The translations under genes and the position numbers were made by a program. Below the pieces are notes generated by a model, which saw only the letters and a program-made list of their open reading frames with translations, had not been told where the DNA came from and did not search any database. Positions 1-9,759 of a DNA stretch of 34,522 nt are shown here, in pieces. Position 1 is the first letter of the stretch. Each line of letters begins with the position of its first letter. This stretch comes from a virus (Duplodnaviria; Heunggongvirae; Uroviricota; Caudoviricetes): the IMG/VR virus record IMGVR_UViG_3300037589_000184, positions 1 through 34,522 of that record, one strand, 5' to 3'.

Positions 1-1
1 T

Positions 2-811
2 GTCCAAGAAGGTGCTTGCTGCACCACTGTTGGAGGTTTCAATGGAGTCCCCACCTGAAAAGTCGGTGATTCCGGGGATGGAGACATCGGACATTCCAAG
101 ATCGTTACTTGCATTATCCGATTCCATTATATCGAAGTCCTTGAACTTTGGGTCCCTTTTCTTAAAGAGATTGGAGAATATCCCGTCACCAAAAGCTGAC
201 TCCCCCTCTTTTCCAAAGAACATGTCCACCATCTGTTGTACGGCAAGATCCGACTCTTCCTCGTTCCCCATATTGGCCACTGTCCTCTCGTAGGACTTTT
301 TAAGGGCGGGATCCGTAGGATTCTTTTCCATGAGCTTTTCCATTTTGGAGAGCTTTCTGTTCCTTGCCTTTTTTCTGTCGGCCATGGTCTTCCCGTCCAC
401 CATTATCCTATCGGAGAACACTGTGGTGCCCTCTGGCATGTCCACATCGATGCCCCCCTGTTCGTGTGCAGGTCCCATGAACTCAAAGAGGTCCCCATAA
501 GGGGTCTCGGCAACCTCGTTGCCCTCTACCTCTGTTGTACCCTTTCCAGTTGTTGTCCCACCATTTGCCATAAACTCTTCACTGTTGCCAAAAATGCCTG
601 CCTCACCCCCTGCCATTGCAATGTTCTTTCCGTTTGACATTATAAATCCCCCCAATAGTCCAAGGGCGTTTGCAAAGTCATTCGATGCCCCTGCCTCCAA
701 TGCCTTTCCGACATTTATGGAGTTCTCCGAAAGTACTTCCGAAGGGGTCTTCATATAATCGTTGACAACTCCCGAACTGCCTGTCCCTAAGGAATACTTT
801 TTCTTTTTCAT
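2..811 (-). CDS. crAss-like cargo (ejected) protein, N-terminal 270 aa; runs off the window edge and is not in the ORF track
   Basis: Hand translation from ATG at 811 is open to base 2 (MKKKKYSLGTG...EVEGNEVAETPYGDLFEFMGPAHEQGGIDV...). The EVEGxE...GPxHExGG motif and the position directly after the muzzle match crAss-like cargo proteins. Confidence 0.75.
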   Translation of the reverse strand, partial: MKKKKYSLGTGSSGVVNDYMKTPSEVLSENSINVGKALEAGASNDFANALGLLGGFIMSNGKNIAMAGGEAGIFGNSEEFMANGGTTTGKGTTEVEGNEVAETPYGDLFEFMGPAHEQGGIDVDMPEGTTVFSDRIMVDGKTMADRKKARNRKLSKMEKLMEKNPTDPALKKSYERTVANMGNEEESDLAVQQMVDMFFGKEGESAFGDGIFSNLFKKRDPKFKDFDIMESDNASNDLGMSDVSIPGITDFSGGDSIETSNSGAASTFLD

Positions 812-841
812 TTTTTTCTTAACGATTCTTAAATTATTTCT

Positions 842-3800
842 TTAATGCTCTGAGATACTTTCATTTTCCATTGAAAAATTTGTAATTAATCGTATGTTAT
901 CAAAAGTATCGAATATTAACCTAACTACCAAGAATTTATCCCGAAAGCTTTCCATTTGTGTCCAATGCTTTGCAGTGTCCAGACATGCCGGGTTCACTGT
1001 CTTGTCAATGAAATACTCTGTGGAAATCGAGGAAGGGTCCCTATTGAACATGGGGACGGAAGTGTCCACCCTTATGTCCCTGAGTTCATTTATGTTCCAG
1101 TCCCTTTCCGTTCTGTCAATGGTTATCTGACCTACGGTGTTCTGTATCTGCTGTCTTATATAAGAAGTCTCGTTTGGTCTGGTGTTCTTTACCACCATAT
1201 CCAATATTCCACTGATCTGATGTGAGTTGTATACCAAGAGTTTATTGAAGGTCACGCCCCTCTGGTCCAAAAACTCCATGGATACGGGGCTATAGCTCCT
1301 TGCCTCTGTCTGCAATGTGATAAAATCCCAAATCTTTGTCCTTATAGGTGCGTCCACTGACACGTATTCCACTATGTGGGGCCAGTATTGTCCATAAAAG
1401 GTCTGATAGTTTCCGATCTTATTGTGTTTCCACAAATAGTTGTCACCGTTTTTCCAAGAATAGAACCTCTCCGGTACATACATATAAAAATCGGGGATAT
1501 AGGAATGGAAGCTTGTCCAAGAACTGTTCTTCAAGGAATAACTGATTGTCCAAGACCTGTTATACTCGATAAAATCTGTCAATACCTCTCCATCCACATA
1601 TTGTACATCGGTGGAGGGAACCTGTACGATCACCTGTGTCTCGGTCTGTTCCAGTTCATAGAAACCCTGTAATAGCCCCTCTATGTCCTGCCCGAACTGT
1701 GTAGGTTCTATTACGGTCCCTGAATCATTGTACCTATCTTCCTTGATCAACCACCCATATTGATCAAGCCCGGTATCTGGGTAAGGGTTTGTTCCCTGTA
1801 GTGCCGTGGTCAGTGTTGTCCATTCCCCTGCTGTCATTCCGGGATTAGGGGCAAGGGCATCTGTCTCGGCACCTGAATATGAGACCCCTTTCAGTGCTGC
1901 CAATGAATGCAACAGAAAGTTTTTTGACGGCCCTGACCAAGACCCATCAGGGAACACTACAGGGTAATGTATCCCCACAAATGAATTGTAAGCAGGATAT
2001 ATGGTATTTACAAAATCCGAATAATCCTGATCAAAACTAACAGTAGTGGTAGGTATCGTGGCATCAAGGTCCCCATCATGGTATGGAGTAGACTCGTTAC
2101 AAAAGGATATGATTATGACATCCTTGTCATTTGTGACCCCACCATAGGTCTCGGTAGCTATCCTGTCGGCATAGGCCAACCACCTCTCACTTGAATCGTT
2201 ATACTTGTACAGGGTACCTGTCCAATCAGGGTTGTTTGTCTGGAACCCTGCTATCCAAGTGTCAACTGCTGCATCTATCTGGGCAAGTGCACCGGAATCA
2301 AATGAACCCGAGGTATCAAAGAATATATGTATATCGGCAGTATTGGGAATGATGGTCTCCTCATATTCATATCTTGTCTGTGTCTGGGAAACATATTCCG
2401 TCTTAGTGAATTTCATCCTACAACCTTCCACTCCACTGAACTCATATCCATTTCCGGCATAATCACTGATAATCTGTTGGTATCCCCTGAATATGGTAAT
2501 GGAGCTGCCATTTGTACAAAGTTCATAATCACTTTCCCCTACAATATCAGGGGCAAGTTGTATATCTTTTTTGGTAATGATGAGCCTCTCCTTCCTTGTA
2601 TCATAAGTGGAGAGGAACCCTACACCATAGGGATTGGAAGGATTGTTGAGAAAAGGGTAGTCCCTTTTGTTGTTCTTGTAGTAGTCCCGATTACTGATAA
2701 GTGGGATATTGTCCCTGAACCAGTTTGACATTCCATGTTCACTTATCGGGGTCAACTTCTTTCCATCGAACATATATATCTTACCTTCTGCCTCGGAAGG
2801 GAACACTATTCCGTGCTTTGTCTTTGTCACCCCCCATTTGAACCTTGTACCGGCAGAAGATTCCTCCCCATCCAACATTTTTTTTGGGGGGACCTCAAAA
2901 TATGATCCTGTACCTATAAAAGAAACAATCTCATCCGTTACCCTTTCCTGATAGTTCTTTGGTTGGAGCCAAAGGGCCTCTTCGGTGTGGATATAAAGGT
3001 TATCATAAAATCGATAAAGATTGGTGATATCCCCACTACTTCCTTCTATGTCCCTGTAATTGTTGGGCAGGAACACTCTATAGTTGTCCGTAAGCTCTTC
3101 ATCGAATGACTGCTCCGAATAGTGGTACCTGTGGGTAAAGGTCTCTATACAATCGGAACAACAATCATATTCTATTCCCAAATGGGAAAAAAGCTTTTCC
3201 CTGTTCCTTCTCAGGTAATCTGGATTTATTTCATAGAGTTCGGCATTTGCAAAACCTTGGTACAACCTGCCATCTCCGTTGTCGGGATCGAGGTTGGTAA
3301 TCTTGTCCAGTATATAAGAGTCCACTTCATTTTGTGGAGTATCCACCCTGCCCGTATTGCTTATGGTGCTCTTATTGGCAGGGGCATTGAGAAAATCGGG
3401 TATCCCGACTGTGGCCCCCTGTCTAAGTGCGGCATTTGCAGTACTTTCAAACCAAAGGTTGGTAATGGTATCGGAAAACCACTGTATCTCATCATCGGGA
3501 ACATTGTACTCAAGTTTTGTAAGAGTATCATCATCCTGTACAGTGTCCCTAAGACCTGCTTCATAGAGTTCTCCCCATACCTTTCCTATCTGTTCTTTCT
3601 TTATGCCAGTGGCCACCTGTGCTATTCCAAGTCCTATTGCACTTATCCCAACCGCCACCAGACCAGTAGAGGCCCCGGCAGTGAAAACGGAAGCCACTAC
3701 GCCCACTACTATGGCAATCGCACCCAAGATAAAGTTGAAGAGTCCGGATTTTGTCTTTCTGTTCCTTATTCTTATATCATAATATGAAGATGTGGTGTAT

Positions 3801-6373
3801 CTTATAGGGGTCACAACTGCATCTCCATTGAACACATTTATCTGATCCCCGAAAGTAACATTTCCACTGCCATCAAAAAGGTATGTTTGTGGGTCGTTTG
3901 TTTCCTTATAGTAAGGACTTACCCTAAAATTCTGATAAGGGTTGGTAAGTGTCCTTCCCAATATCACATAGGGCAGTTTTCCATTGACTTCCGACACATC
4001 AAGCTCCTTATCAAGTTTTACTATCCCCACCTTGTTATCGGCAGAGACATTGAACACTTCTTTCTTCACATCGGAAACATCTGTTATCACCCTGCTGTTC
4101 AGTGCACTTAAATAGAAGGTCTCCTCTATCTCGTTTCCACTGGCAAGTGTAACCGGGGCAACTTTTGAATATGTCACTTCATTGTCCCTTGCCATTATAT
4201 GCAGATCAAACCCATCACTGTCACTTTCCCTTCTCTTGTGTACATCAGGATCAAAAGAACTTCCTGCCATGGTATCCTGTATCAAAAGATCCGATATGGA
4301 AGCAGAGCCACTCTTCGTGAATTGGCCTTCCTTGATTATGGAATCTATGTTTCTATATTCATTGGAAAAGAAACTGAATTCTGGATGTATCAGGGCAAAG
4401 GTGTCGGTCTTTATCCTAGAGGTGTCGGAGAGATTTGGGAATATGTGGGCATGGCCTACAAAGAATTCCTCATCCAATAAGGGAGCAAGCACTGCACTGT
4501 CCAAAACTGTCCTGTTGTCTTGGTCCCTCTCATTCCTGACTATGTAATATCCCACTATCCTTTCCCCGTTTGTATCCTCCAAAGAAGGTATGTCGATTCC
4601 CGAGAACCTTATGCCAAAGGACTCGGAGGTGAACACCTTGTCCCCCACTGTAAGGTTTCCGGAATCTATCGAAGTGGTATAGGACAGTCCGGAAGGGGCA
4701 GGATTGGAAGTGACTGCCCCATTTTCATATATGTTGTCCACCGTGATGGCCTTTGTACTGTTGGTGATGGACACCTGTACCCCGACAGAACTGTCATAGG
4801 AGGCAACGGTAATGCTTTTTGTGGAGATGAAAGTGTTTCCATCTATGGTATATTCCACTGAATATTCAATGATGGGATCAGTATATCCTCCATCGATTGT
4901 GCCCTGTATATCAAGGTTCAACTGGTTCACTGCCGTATTGCCCTGATTACTGGTGTCCTCTGAAAAAAGTGGAAGATTGGCCTCTGCCCTAGTGGGGAAC
5001 CTATGGTGCCTTACCCTTTGGTTGAGCAAGGGGGCACCCTCTGAATCGTTTCCCCAATAGTCCTGTACCCCACAATCATTGGTATCGGTATAATAGGTAT
5101 CCGTAAGCTCGTTGTCGGTGGACATGGGCAACCCTGTCTGGGTAAAGGATATGTTATCCGTTGTCGGGTTCTTTCCGGGAATATGGTAGACAGGGGACAA
5201 TGTCCCATCCTCGAACACCCACACAAGCCCAAAGGAATATATCTCCCCGGGCATATACCCTGCCCCATCGAAATAGACAGTACCGGTCTTTGGGTTTCCA
5301 TCCGATATGGCATTCAATACCACTGTCTTGGTCACCATATCGGCCTTTATTCTGCTTGCATATTTTTGCAGCTTACAAAAGTTCAACTGTTTCCCCCTTA
5401 CATTTGCAGGGATCAACCTGTTCTCCAACTGCTCAATATGCTCTGCAAACTCTATCACGGTATTAAATGCCTGTATCTCTTCCACTGTTGTGGTACCTGC
5501 TCCTGAACCGGTATAGGTATATGTGGTTATGTCCGAAGGGATTTCCTGTGACAGTACCACATTGCTCACTTTTCCAGTACCTGTAGTAGCCTCTACCACA
5601 GCTATTCTATAAAAGGGATAGGAACTGTCAAGATTCCCAAACTTTATTCTTATTGCCTTGTTGGTGGCACCGAACTCCTGATATGAATTGACAAGGTTCG
5701 TACTCCCCCTTATGTCCTCATAGGCCTTGTTGACACTGTCATTGTATATCATCAAGGTCTGTGAGGTGGTGACCCATTCCGTGGGATTCAGATCGGAATC
5801 AAGATACTGTATGGAAATATTGTATGAACCGGGAAGAAGGTTTCCTCCCTCCACTATATCGACCTCCTCGAATATGGGAATATCGGAATATGTCTTGAAC
5901 AACCTGAACTTCGAGGGATCCCAGTCCCCATTCGAGTCCTTGAACTCCTCAAGTTTGTCAAGGTTCAATGTCCTCAATCTTGGATCTACCCAATATACAC
6001 TTCTTTCACAGCCCCTTCTCAGCCTGAACACTGCATCTATCTGTTGACTTATCCTGAACCCAAGGTTATGGTTTACCACAGTGGTATAGTTGCAGTCCCT
6101 GTCGGCAATGCCTATCTCGGAGAGGGTCTCATCATCCTTTACGGAAAAGACCAGTATATTGCCATCACCTATATAGACATCCCCCAAAGGGATGTAACCA
6201 AATGGTAATTGATAACACTGTTCGTTGCTCTCCTCATTTGCAATGAATCCCCTATCCCCTTGGTTGGTCTCATTGATACCGTTCAATACAAATCTTGTGG
6301 TACCCTTTGGTTGATCCACATGGGAATTGTCCGTCTGCATGCCCTTTGAGGGCCTATTAGGGCTATTGTCCAT
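842..6373 (-). CDS. Tail muzzle / tail stabilization protein (crAss-like), 1843 aa
   Basis: Very large ORF between ring and cargo genes. N-terminal beta-rich region (YWVD...LRTLNLD, LLPGSYNISIQYLDSDLNPTEW) and C-terminal YSLKNSSWTSFHSYIPDFY resemble crAss muzzle proteins. Confidence 0.85.
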   Translation of the reverse strand: MDNSPNRPSKGMQTDNSHVDQPKGTTRFVLNGINETNQGDRGFIANEESNEQCYQLPFGYIPLGDVYIGDGNILVFSVKDDETLSEIGIADRDCNYTTVVNHNLGFRISQQIDAVFRLRRGCERSVYWVDPRLRTLNLDKLEEFKDSNGDWDPSKFRLFKTYSDIPIFEEVDIVEGGNLLPGSYNISIQYLDSDLNPTEWVTTSQTLMIYNDSVNKAYEDIRGSTNLVNSYQEFGATNKAIRIKFGNLDSSYPFYRIAVVEATTGTGKVSNVVLSQEIPSDITTYTYTGSGAGTTTVEEIQAFNTVIEFAEHIEQLENRLIPANVRGKQLNFCKLQKYASRIKADMVTKTVVLNAISDGNPKTGTVYFDGAGYMPGEIYSFGLVWVFEDGTLSPVYHIPGKNPTTDNISFTQTGLPMSTDNELTDTYYTDTNDCGVQDYWGNDSEGAPLLNQRVRHHRFPTRAEANLPLFSEDTSNQGNTAVNQLNLDIQGTIDGGYTDPIIEYSVEYTIDGNTFISTKSITVASYDSSVGVQVSITNSTKAITVDNIYENGAVTSNPAPSGLSYTTSIDSGNLTVGDKVFTSESFGIRFSGIDIPSLEDTNGERIVGYYIVRNERDQDNRTVLDSAVLAPLLDEEFFVGHAHIFPNLSDTSRIKTDTFALIHPEFSFFSNEYRNIDSIIKEGQFTKSGSASISDLLIQDTMAGSSFDPDVHKRRESDSDGFDLHIMARDNEVTYSKVAPVTLASGNEIEETFYLSALNSRVITDVSDVKKEVFNVSADNKVGIVKLDKELDVSEVNGKLPYVILGRTLTNPYQNFRVSPYYKETNDPQTYLFDGSGNVTFGDQINVFNGDAVVTPIRYTTSSYYDIRIRNRKTKSGLFNFILGAIAIVVGVVASVFTAGASTGLVAVGISAIGLGIAQVATGIKKEQIGKVWGELYEAGLRDTVQDDDTLTKLEYNVPDDEIQWFSDTITNLWFESTANAALRQGATVGIPDFLNAPANKSTISNTGRVDTPQNEVDSYILDKITNLDPDNGDGRLYQGFANAELYEINPDYLRRNREKLFSHLGIEYDCCSDCIETFTHRYHYSEQSFDEELTDNYRVFLPNNYRDIEGSSGDITNLYRFYDNLYIHTEEALWLQPKNYQERVTDEIVSFIGTGSYFEVPPKKMLDGEESSAGTRFKWGVTKTKHGIVFPSEAEGKIYMFDGKKLTPISEHGMSNWFRDNIPLISNRDYYKNNKRDYPFLNNPSNPYGVGFLSTYDTRKERLIITKKDIQLAPDIVGESDYELCTNGSSITIFRGYQQIISDYAGNGYEFSGVEGCRMKFTKTEYVSQTQTRYEYEETIIPNTADIHIFFDTSGSFDSGALAQIDAAVDTWIAGFQTNNPDWTGTLYKYNDSSERWLAYADRIATETYGGVTNDKDVIIISFCNESTPYHDGDLDATIPTTTVSFDQDYSDFVNTIYPAYNSFVGIHYPVVFPDGSWSGPSKNFLLHSLAALKGVSYSGAETDALAPNPGMTAGEWTTLTTALQGTNPYPDTGLDQYGWLIKEDRYNDSGTVIEPTQFGQDIEGLLQGFYELEQTETQVIVQVPSTDVQYVDGEVLTDFIEYNRSWTISYSLKNSSWTSFHSYIPDFYMYVPERFYSWKNGDNYLWKHNKIGNYQTFYGQYWPHIVEYVSVDAPIRTKIWDFITLQTEARSYSPVSMEFLDQRGVTFNKLLVYNSHQISGILDMVVKNTRPNETSYIRQQIQNTVGQITIDRTERDWNINELRDIRVDTSVPMFNRDPSSISTEYFIDKTVNPACLDTAKHWTQMESFRDKFLVVRLIFDTFDNIRLITNFSMENESISEH

Positions 6374-7376
6374 TATTGTCCCAACTTCCGTTGCTATTGG
6401 TATTTGTGTTCACACCTGTATCGGCATCTATCCTTTGGCCATAAGAACCTCCATAGAACTGTCTTGGTTGATTGAATGGCCTGTTTTCCTTTGTCCCCAG
6501 TTTTCCAAAGAATCCATAGTAACGTTTCAATCTTGGCAACATGTACCTTGATTGTTCCATCAGATTCTGGTGTTGGTCCACACCCTTTGGCATCTTTGCA
6601 TGGTTCTTGAACTTCTTGATATAGTCCTCCCACTTTTTCTCTGCCTTTTCCGCTAGTTGACAGGAACCCTCACGATGTGACCAACATTCTCTTTCCTTCA
6701 TTTTCCAGATCACATAATAATTGATCGCAGACCTTGCATAGATATTGTCCGGTACCATTGGAAACCCAGTGGTACTGTCGATCTTCTGTCTTACATAGGG
6801 AATGGCCACGAAACCGTCCTTGAAGGAAAACCTCAACCTGTCCCCGACAATGGTATATTCATCCTCACCTGTCATCCTTGTATGGCTCTGGTCAATATCA
6901 CTGCACACAATGGTATTGAACAATGTATGGTTGGCCAACCTTACAGGTGCAAACCTTTGATTGAAGAAACCATTGTTGTACCAGAGTCCGTAATTGTACT
7001 TTATATCGAAGTAGGGTGTCCGTGAGGATAGGCTGTAACCTTCCACAATGTTTCCCTCACAGTCCCTCACAATGGGTATCTCCTCTTCTATGTCCGAGTT
7101 CAACAGTAGTTCGGCAGGAGTGACACAATTGTCACTGGACCATTCAAGGTCCCTTCCTATCTGTATGATATAATGAAGATTGTTAGGAATATCAGTGTGA
7201 TAGTCCCTTACCCTAGCAAGTGCAAGGGCCTCTTCCGAAGCAGAGGGGAGCTTCATAAAATCAAGGGCCTCTCCTGCCCATTCAATAAGGTCTGTCTCGT
7301 TGAGGTTGTTTCCCCTTGCATCCCTATAGAATTTGGAAAGGACGGAATCTATCGATATGAACCTATAATTTTCCAT
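6363..7376 (-). CDS. Tail ring (tubular) protein, crAss-like
   Basis: 337 aa, immediately upstream of the muzzle. Motifs LIEWAGEALDF, YTIVGDRLRFSFKDG and FPMVPDN are typical of crAss ring proteins. Confidence 0.75.
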   Translation of the reverse strand: MENYRFISIDSVLSKFYRDARGNNLNETDLIEWAGEALDFMKLPSASEEALALARVRDYHTDIPNNLHYIIQIGRDLEWSSDNCVTPAELLLNSDIEEEIPIVRDCEGNIVEGYSLSSRTPYFDIKYNYGLWYNNGFFNQRFAPVRLANHTLFNTIVCSDIDQSHTRMTGEDEYTIVGDRLRFSFKDGFVAIPYVRQKIDSTTGFPMVPDNIYARSAINYYVIWKMKERECWSHREGSCQLAEKAEKKWEDYIKKFKNHAKMPKGVDQHQNLMEQSRYMLPRLKRYYGFFGKLGTKENRPFNQPRQFYGGSYGQRIDADTGVNTNTNSNGSWDNNGQ

Positions 7377-7648
7377 TAAAATTCGTCTGCCAGATATTTT
7401 TGTTCTGCCTCGTCATCTATGTCGATCTTCAAGGGATTTGTCTCACTGTACCATTTTTTGTGATAATACCCATAATCCTTGTTATCCCCCACCTGATATT
7501 GGATATCATAGGACTTGATGACTATAAAGCCATTCTCTATTTCCTCTACCCTAATGTTGTAGTCCTTTTTCAACACCTTTGCCCCTTCGGGCAATGTGAA
7601 GGTCTCCTTACTGTTATAAGAAGCATTTTTTATCTTGTCCTCCATCAT
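7376..7648 (-). CDS. Hypothetical protein, 90 aa
   Basis: Translationally coupled to both neighbours by stop/start overlaps; contains RVEEIENGFIV. Confidence 0.7.
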   Translation of the reverse strand: MMEDKIKNASYNSKETFTLPEGAKVLKKDYNIRVEEIENGFIVIKSYDIQYQVGDNKDYGYYHKKWYSETNPLKIDIDDEAEQKYLADEF

Positions 7649-8118
7649 AATTTTACTGCGTATTGCATCCCCTCTTTTTTTACGAGCCTACTCACCTCCC
7701 TTTTATTGTCCCTAGTCATTATAAGGCTATAGAACTCCTTATTGTTTACAAATATACTTTTCTTTGACCAAAAGAAACTATAGGTCACTTCATCGGTGTG
7801 TTCATTGGTATGGTATACCTTTTGTTTTTTCTGCTCACATTCCGGACATTCCTTCCAAAGTTTCTTTGTGGCTGCATAGTCCACTGGAAGGATGGGAGTC
7901 CCATCTTCCCGGAACCTCAGCTTTATCTTTTTTCCCCTTATGGACAGTGTGCCCATCCTCAATGGTAAGGTGACCTCGTGTCCACTGAACACCTTTGACA
8001 TAAGGAACTTTAAATATTTCAGGTTGAGACCTATATAGGTCTTGATATCACAAGGATTCTCGGAATTTGCCCTGTAATGTCTAAAACTTTCCCTTATGTT
8101 CCCTTCCGTTCTTCTCAT
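7645..8118 (-). CDS. IHF/HU-like DNA-binding protein (crAss-like)
   Basis: Basic 157-aa protein with the HU/IHF beta-arm signature EVTLPLRMGTLSIRGKK, in the usual crAss position among ring genes. Confidence 0.7.
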   Translation of the reverse strand: MRRTEGNIRESFRHYRANSENPCDIKTYIGLNLKYLKFLMSKVFSGHEVTLPLRMGTLSIRGKKIKLRFREDGTPILPVDYAATKKLWKECPECEQKKQKVYHTNEHTDEVTYSFFWSKKSIFVNNKEFYSLIMTRDNKREVSRLVKKEGMQYAVKL

Positions 8119-8822
8119 TTCGATGTCTGTGTATCACTATCGGCAGTGTTGGAGGTCCTGTCCTCCCTCATCTGTACAAACGGAGATATAAGCTCCTGTT
8201 GCAATAATCTTATCATGGTATCCACATTGTTCTCATCCAATGGAAACTCCCTTTCCAGATATGATAGGCAATCATCACAGTCCGTACATCCCTCATTACA
8301 GGAGTCCATAAAATCCCATGCCTCCACTGGATCGTTGAACAGTCCCGTAACAGGTATGACCTTGTTGAACATCTTGTCAGCAGTTATGTACAGGTATGAA
8401 TTCCTTATAAAATAATCCGGCATGTGTGAGGTATACCTATTTCCTGCCTTGTACTTTTTCTCTTCCCAACTGGTTTCCGAATATATAGTGGTGCCATCCA
8501 AAGAGGTCACGGACTGTATCAAGTGGTTGTTTATTCCCGTCACCGGTTCTGGCAGGGGGTACTTACTCCTATAGATCCCACATCCCACGGGAGGGACACA
8601 TGGACATTCATAGGGCTGTGCCTTTATCATTTCCACACAGGGCAATGTCTGATAGCTCCATTGGGATATCTTCTGTCTCTTGTTCGCCTGTTGTACCAAC
8701 AGCCTTCCCCTTGTGGGCACCATTCTATTGAATATCTGTCTCTGTGACAATCTGCTGTCATCAGAGGCAATGCCCTTGTCATAGATGGAGGAGATTGCCT
8801 GTATGATCTTTTCCGTTACCAT
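8115..8822 (-). CDS. Tail ring (tubular) protein, crAss-like
   Basis: 235 aa. Motifs YQTLPCVEMIKA...C.C, RSKYPLPEP, YFIRNSYLY and REFPLD match crAss ring proteins; synteny agrees. Confidence 0.75.
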   Translation of the reverse strand: MVTEKIIQAISSIYDKGIASDDSRLSQRQIFNRMVPTRGRLLVQQANKRQKISQWSYQTLPCVEMIKAQPYECPCVPPVGCGIYRSKYPLPEPVTGINNHLIQSVTSLDGTTIYSETSWEEKKYKAGNRYTSHMPDYFIRNSYLYITADKMFNKVIPVTGLFNDPVEAWDFMDSCNEGCTDCDDCLSYLEREFPLDENNVDTMIRLLQQELISPFVQMREDRTSNTADSDTQTSK

Positions 8823-8828
8823 ATTGTC

Positions 8829-9044
8829 TTATATGCTTGAGCCTGTGGAATCCACCCATTCAGTACCATCCCACCATATAGGTCTCCCTAAAGTGGTGTC
8901 AAAATACTGTTGTCCGATTATCACGGTTGTTGGTCTCTCTGCCGTGGTGCCGTTGTTAAGAGTCCTGTTCCCAAGAGTTCTTATTGCATTCCAAAGATCC
9001 TTCAATTCTTTTGGCATCGTGTTCTTTCTTATAGGTCCTCCCAT
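8829..9044 (-). CDS. Small fibre-like structural protein, 71 aa
   Basis: GTTAERP...GQQYFDTTLGRPIWWDGTEWVDSTG is a module commonly seen at the ends of phage fibre proteins. Confidence 0.65.
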   Translation of the reverse strand: MGGPIRKNTMPKELKDLWNAIRTLGNRTLNNGTTAERPTTVIIGQQYFDTTLGRPIWWDGTEWVDSTGSSI

Positions 9045-9048
9045 GGTA

Positions 9049-9756
9049 TCAATTTCTTTTTAACAGCTCTGCTGTGAGTACATTTGTATAATCGTTGAGG
9101 TCATATATGCCGTAGCCCCCATCCATGTCCAGATAGATGAGCTTCCTATGACTTACCTTGAAACCTGTCTGCTCGAACAATATTTGGTAATACGAGAGCT
9201 GTAGGGCATATTTTGAATAGGGTGTGGCCAACATATTGTTAAAGGGGAACAACAACCTCTGTTTATTGAAGTTCTTAAAGAGATCTTTGTTCGTCTTATA
9301 ATCGGCAAGTATGAACATCCCGGTGTTCCTGTCGAACAGCACAAGGTCAGTTGTGCCGGCATACCTGAACAATTTGTGGTACATCTTGAGTTCCACGAAC
9401 ATCGGGACTATGTGGGCAGGCATTTGGTCCCAGAACTTTTTTGCCGCTTTTTCCTGTGGGCAAGTAGGTTTGAGTTCCCTGTCAAATGCATATTCCTCTG
9501 CAAAATTGTGTACCCTTTTCCCCCTATCACAGGCCTCATCCCTGATTTCTTTCCACTCGGTCAGCACCTCTGCCCTTGGCCTGTTGTCACGCAGGGAGAC
9601 CTTTTTACTGATCTCTTGTTCATCAAATGGGGGAGTGACCTGTTTTATCAAAAATGAGACAGACGGCAATATTTCCCCCTTGACCCTATAGGTGTGGCTG
9701 TGTTCTTCAAATTCAAGGTCGTTGAAGAAAACCTCTATCTGTTCGGACAAGTGCAT
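9049..9756 (-). CDS. PD-(D/E)XK superfamily nuclease, about 235 aa
   Basis: Motifs RGKRVHNFAE, YAGTTDLV, ILADYKT and YALQLSYY. Start moved from TTG 9762 to ATG 9756 because the TTG lies inside a promoter -7 box. Confidence 0.85.
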   Translation of the reverse strand: MHLSEQIEVFFNDLEFEEHSHTYRVKGEILPSVSFLIKQVTPPFDEQEISKKVSLRDNRPRAEVLTEWKEIRDEACDRGKRVHNFAEEYAFDRELKPTCPQEKAAKKFWDQMPAHIVPMFVELKMYHKLFRYAGTTDLVLFDRNTGMFILADYKTNKDLFKNFNKQRLLFPFNNMLATPYSKYALQLSYYQILFEQTGFKVSHRKLIYLDMDGGYGIYDLNDYTNVLTAELLKRN

Positions 9757-9759
9757 ACA

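Noticed and set aside
901-931. Intragenic TTG-N20-TACTTTTG upstream of the cargo gene, and TAGATTTG at 12711-12718
   Set aside because: Both lie in coding sequence where chance matches are expected, and the second lacks a -33 element. They are not listed as features, though they remain possible.
9049-9756. Cas4-like assignment for the nuclease
   Set aside because: It lacks the four-Cys Fe-S pattern, and there is no CRISPR array in the window.
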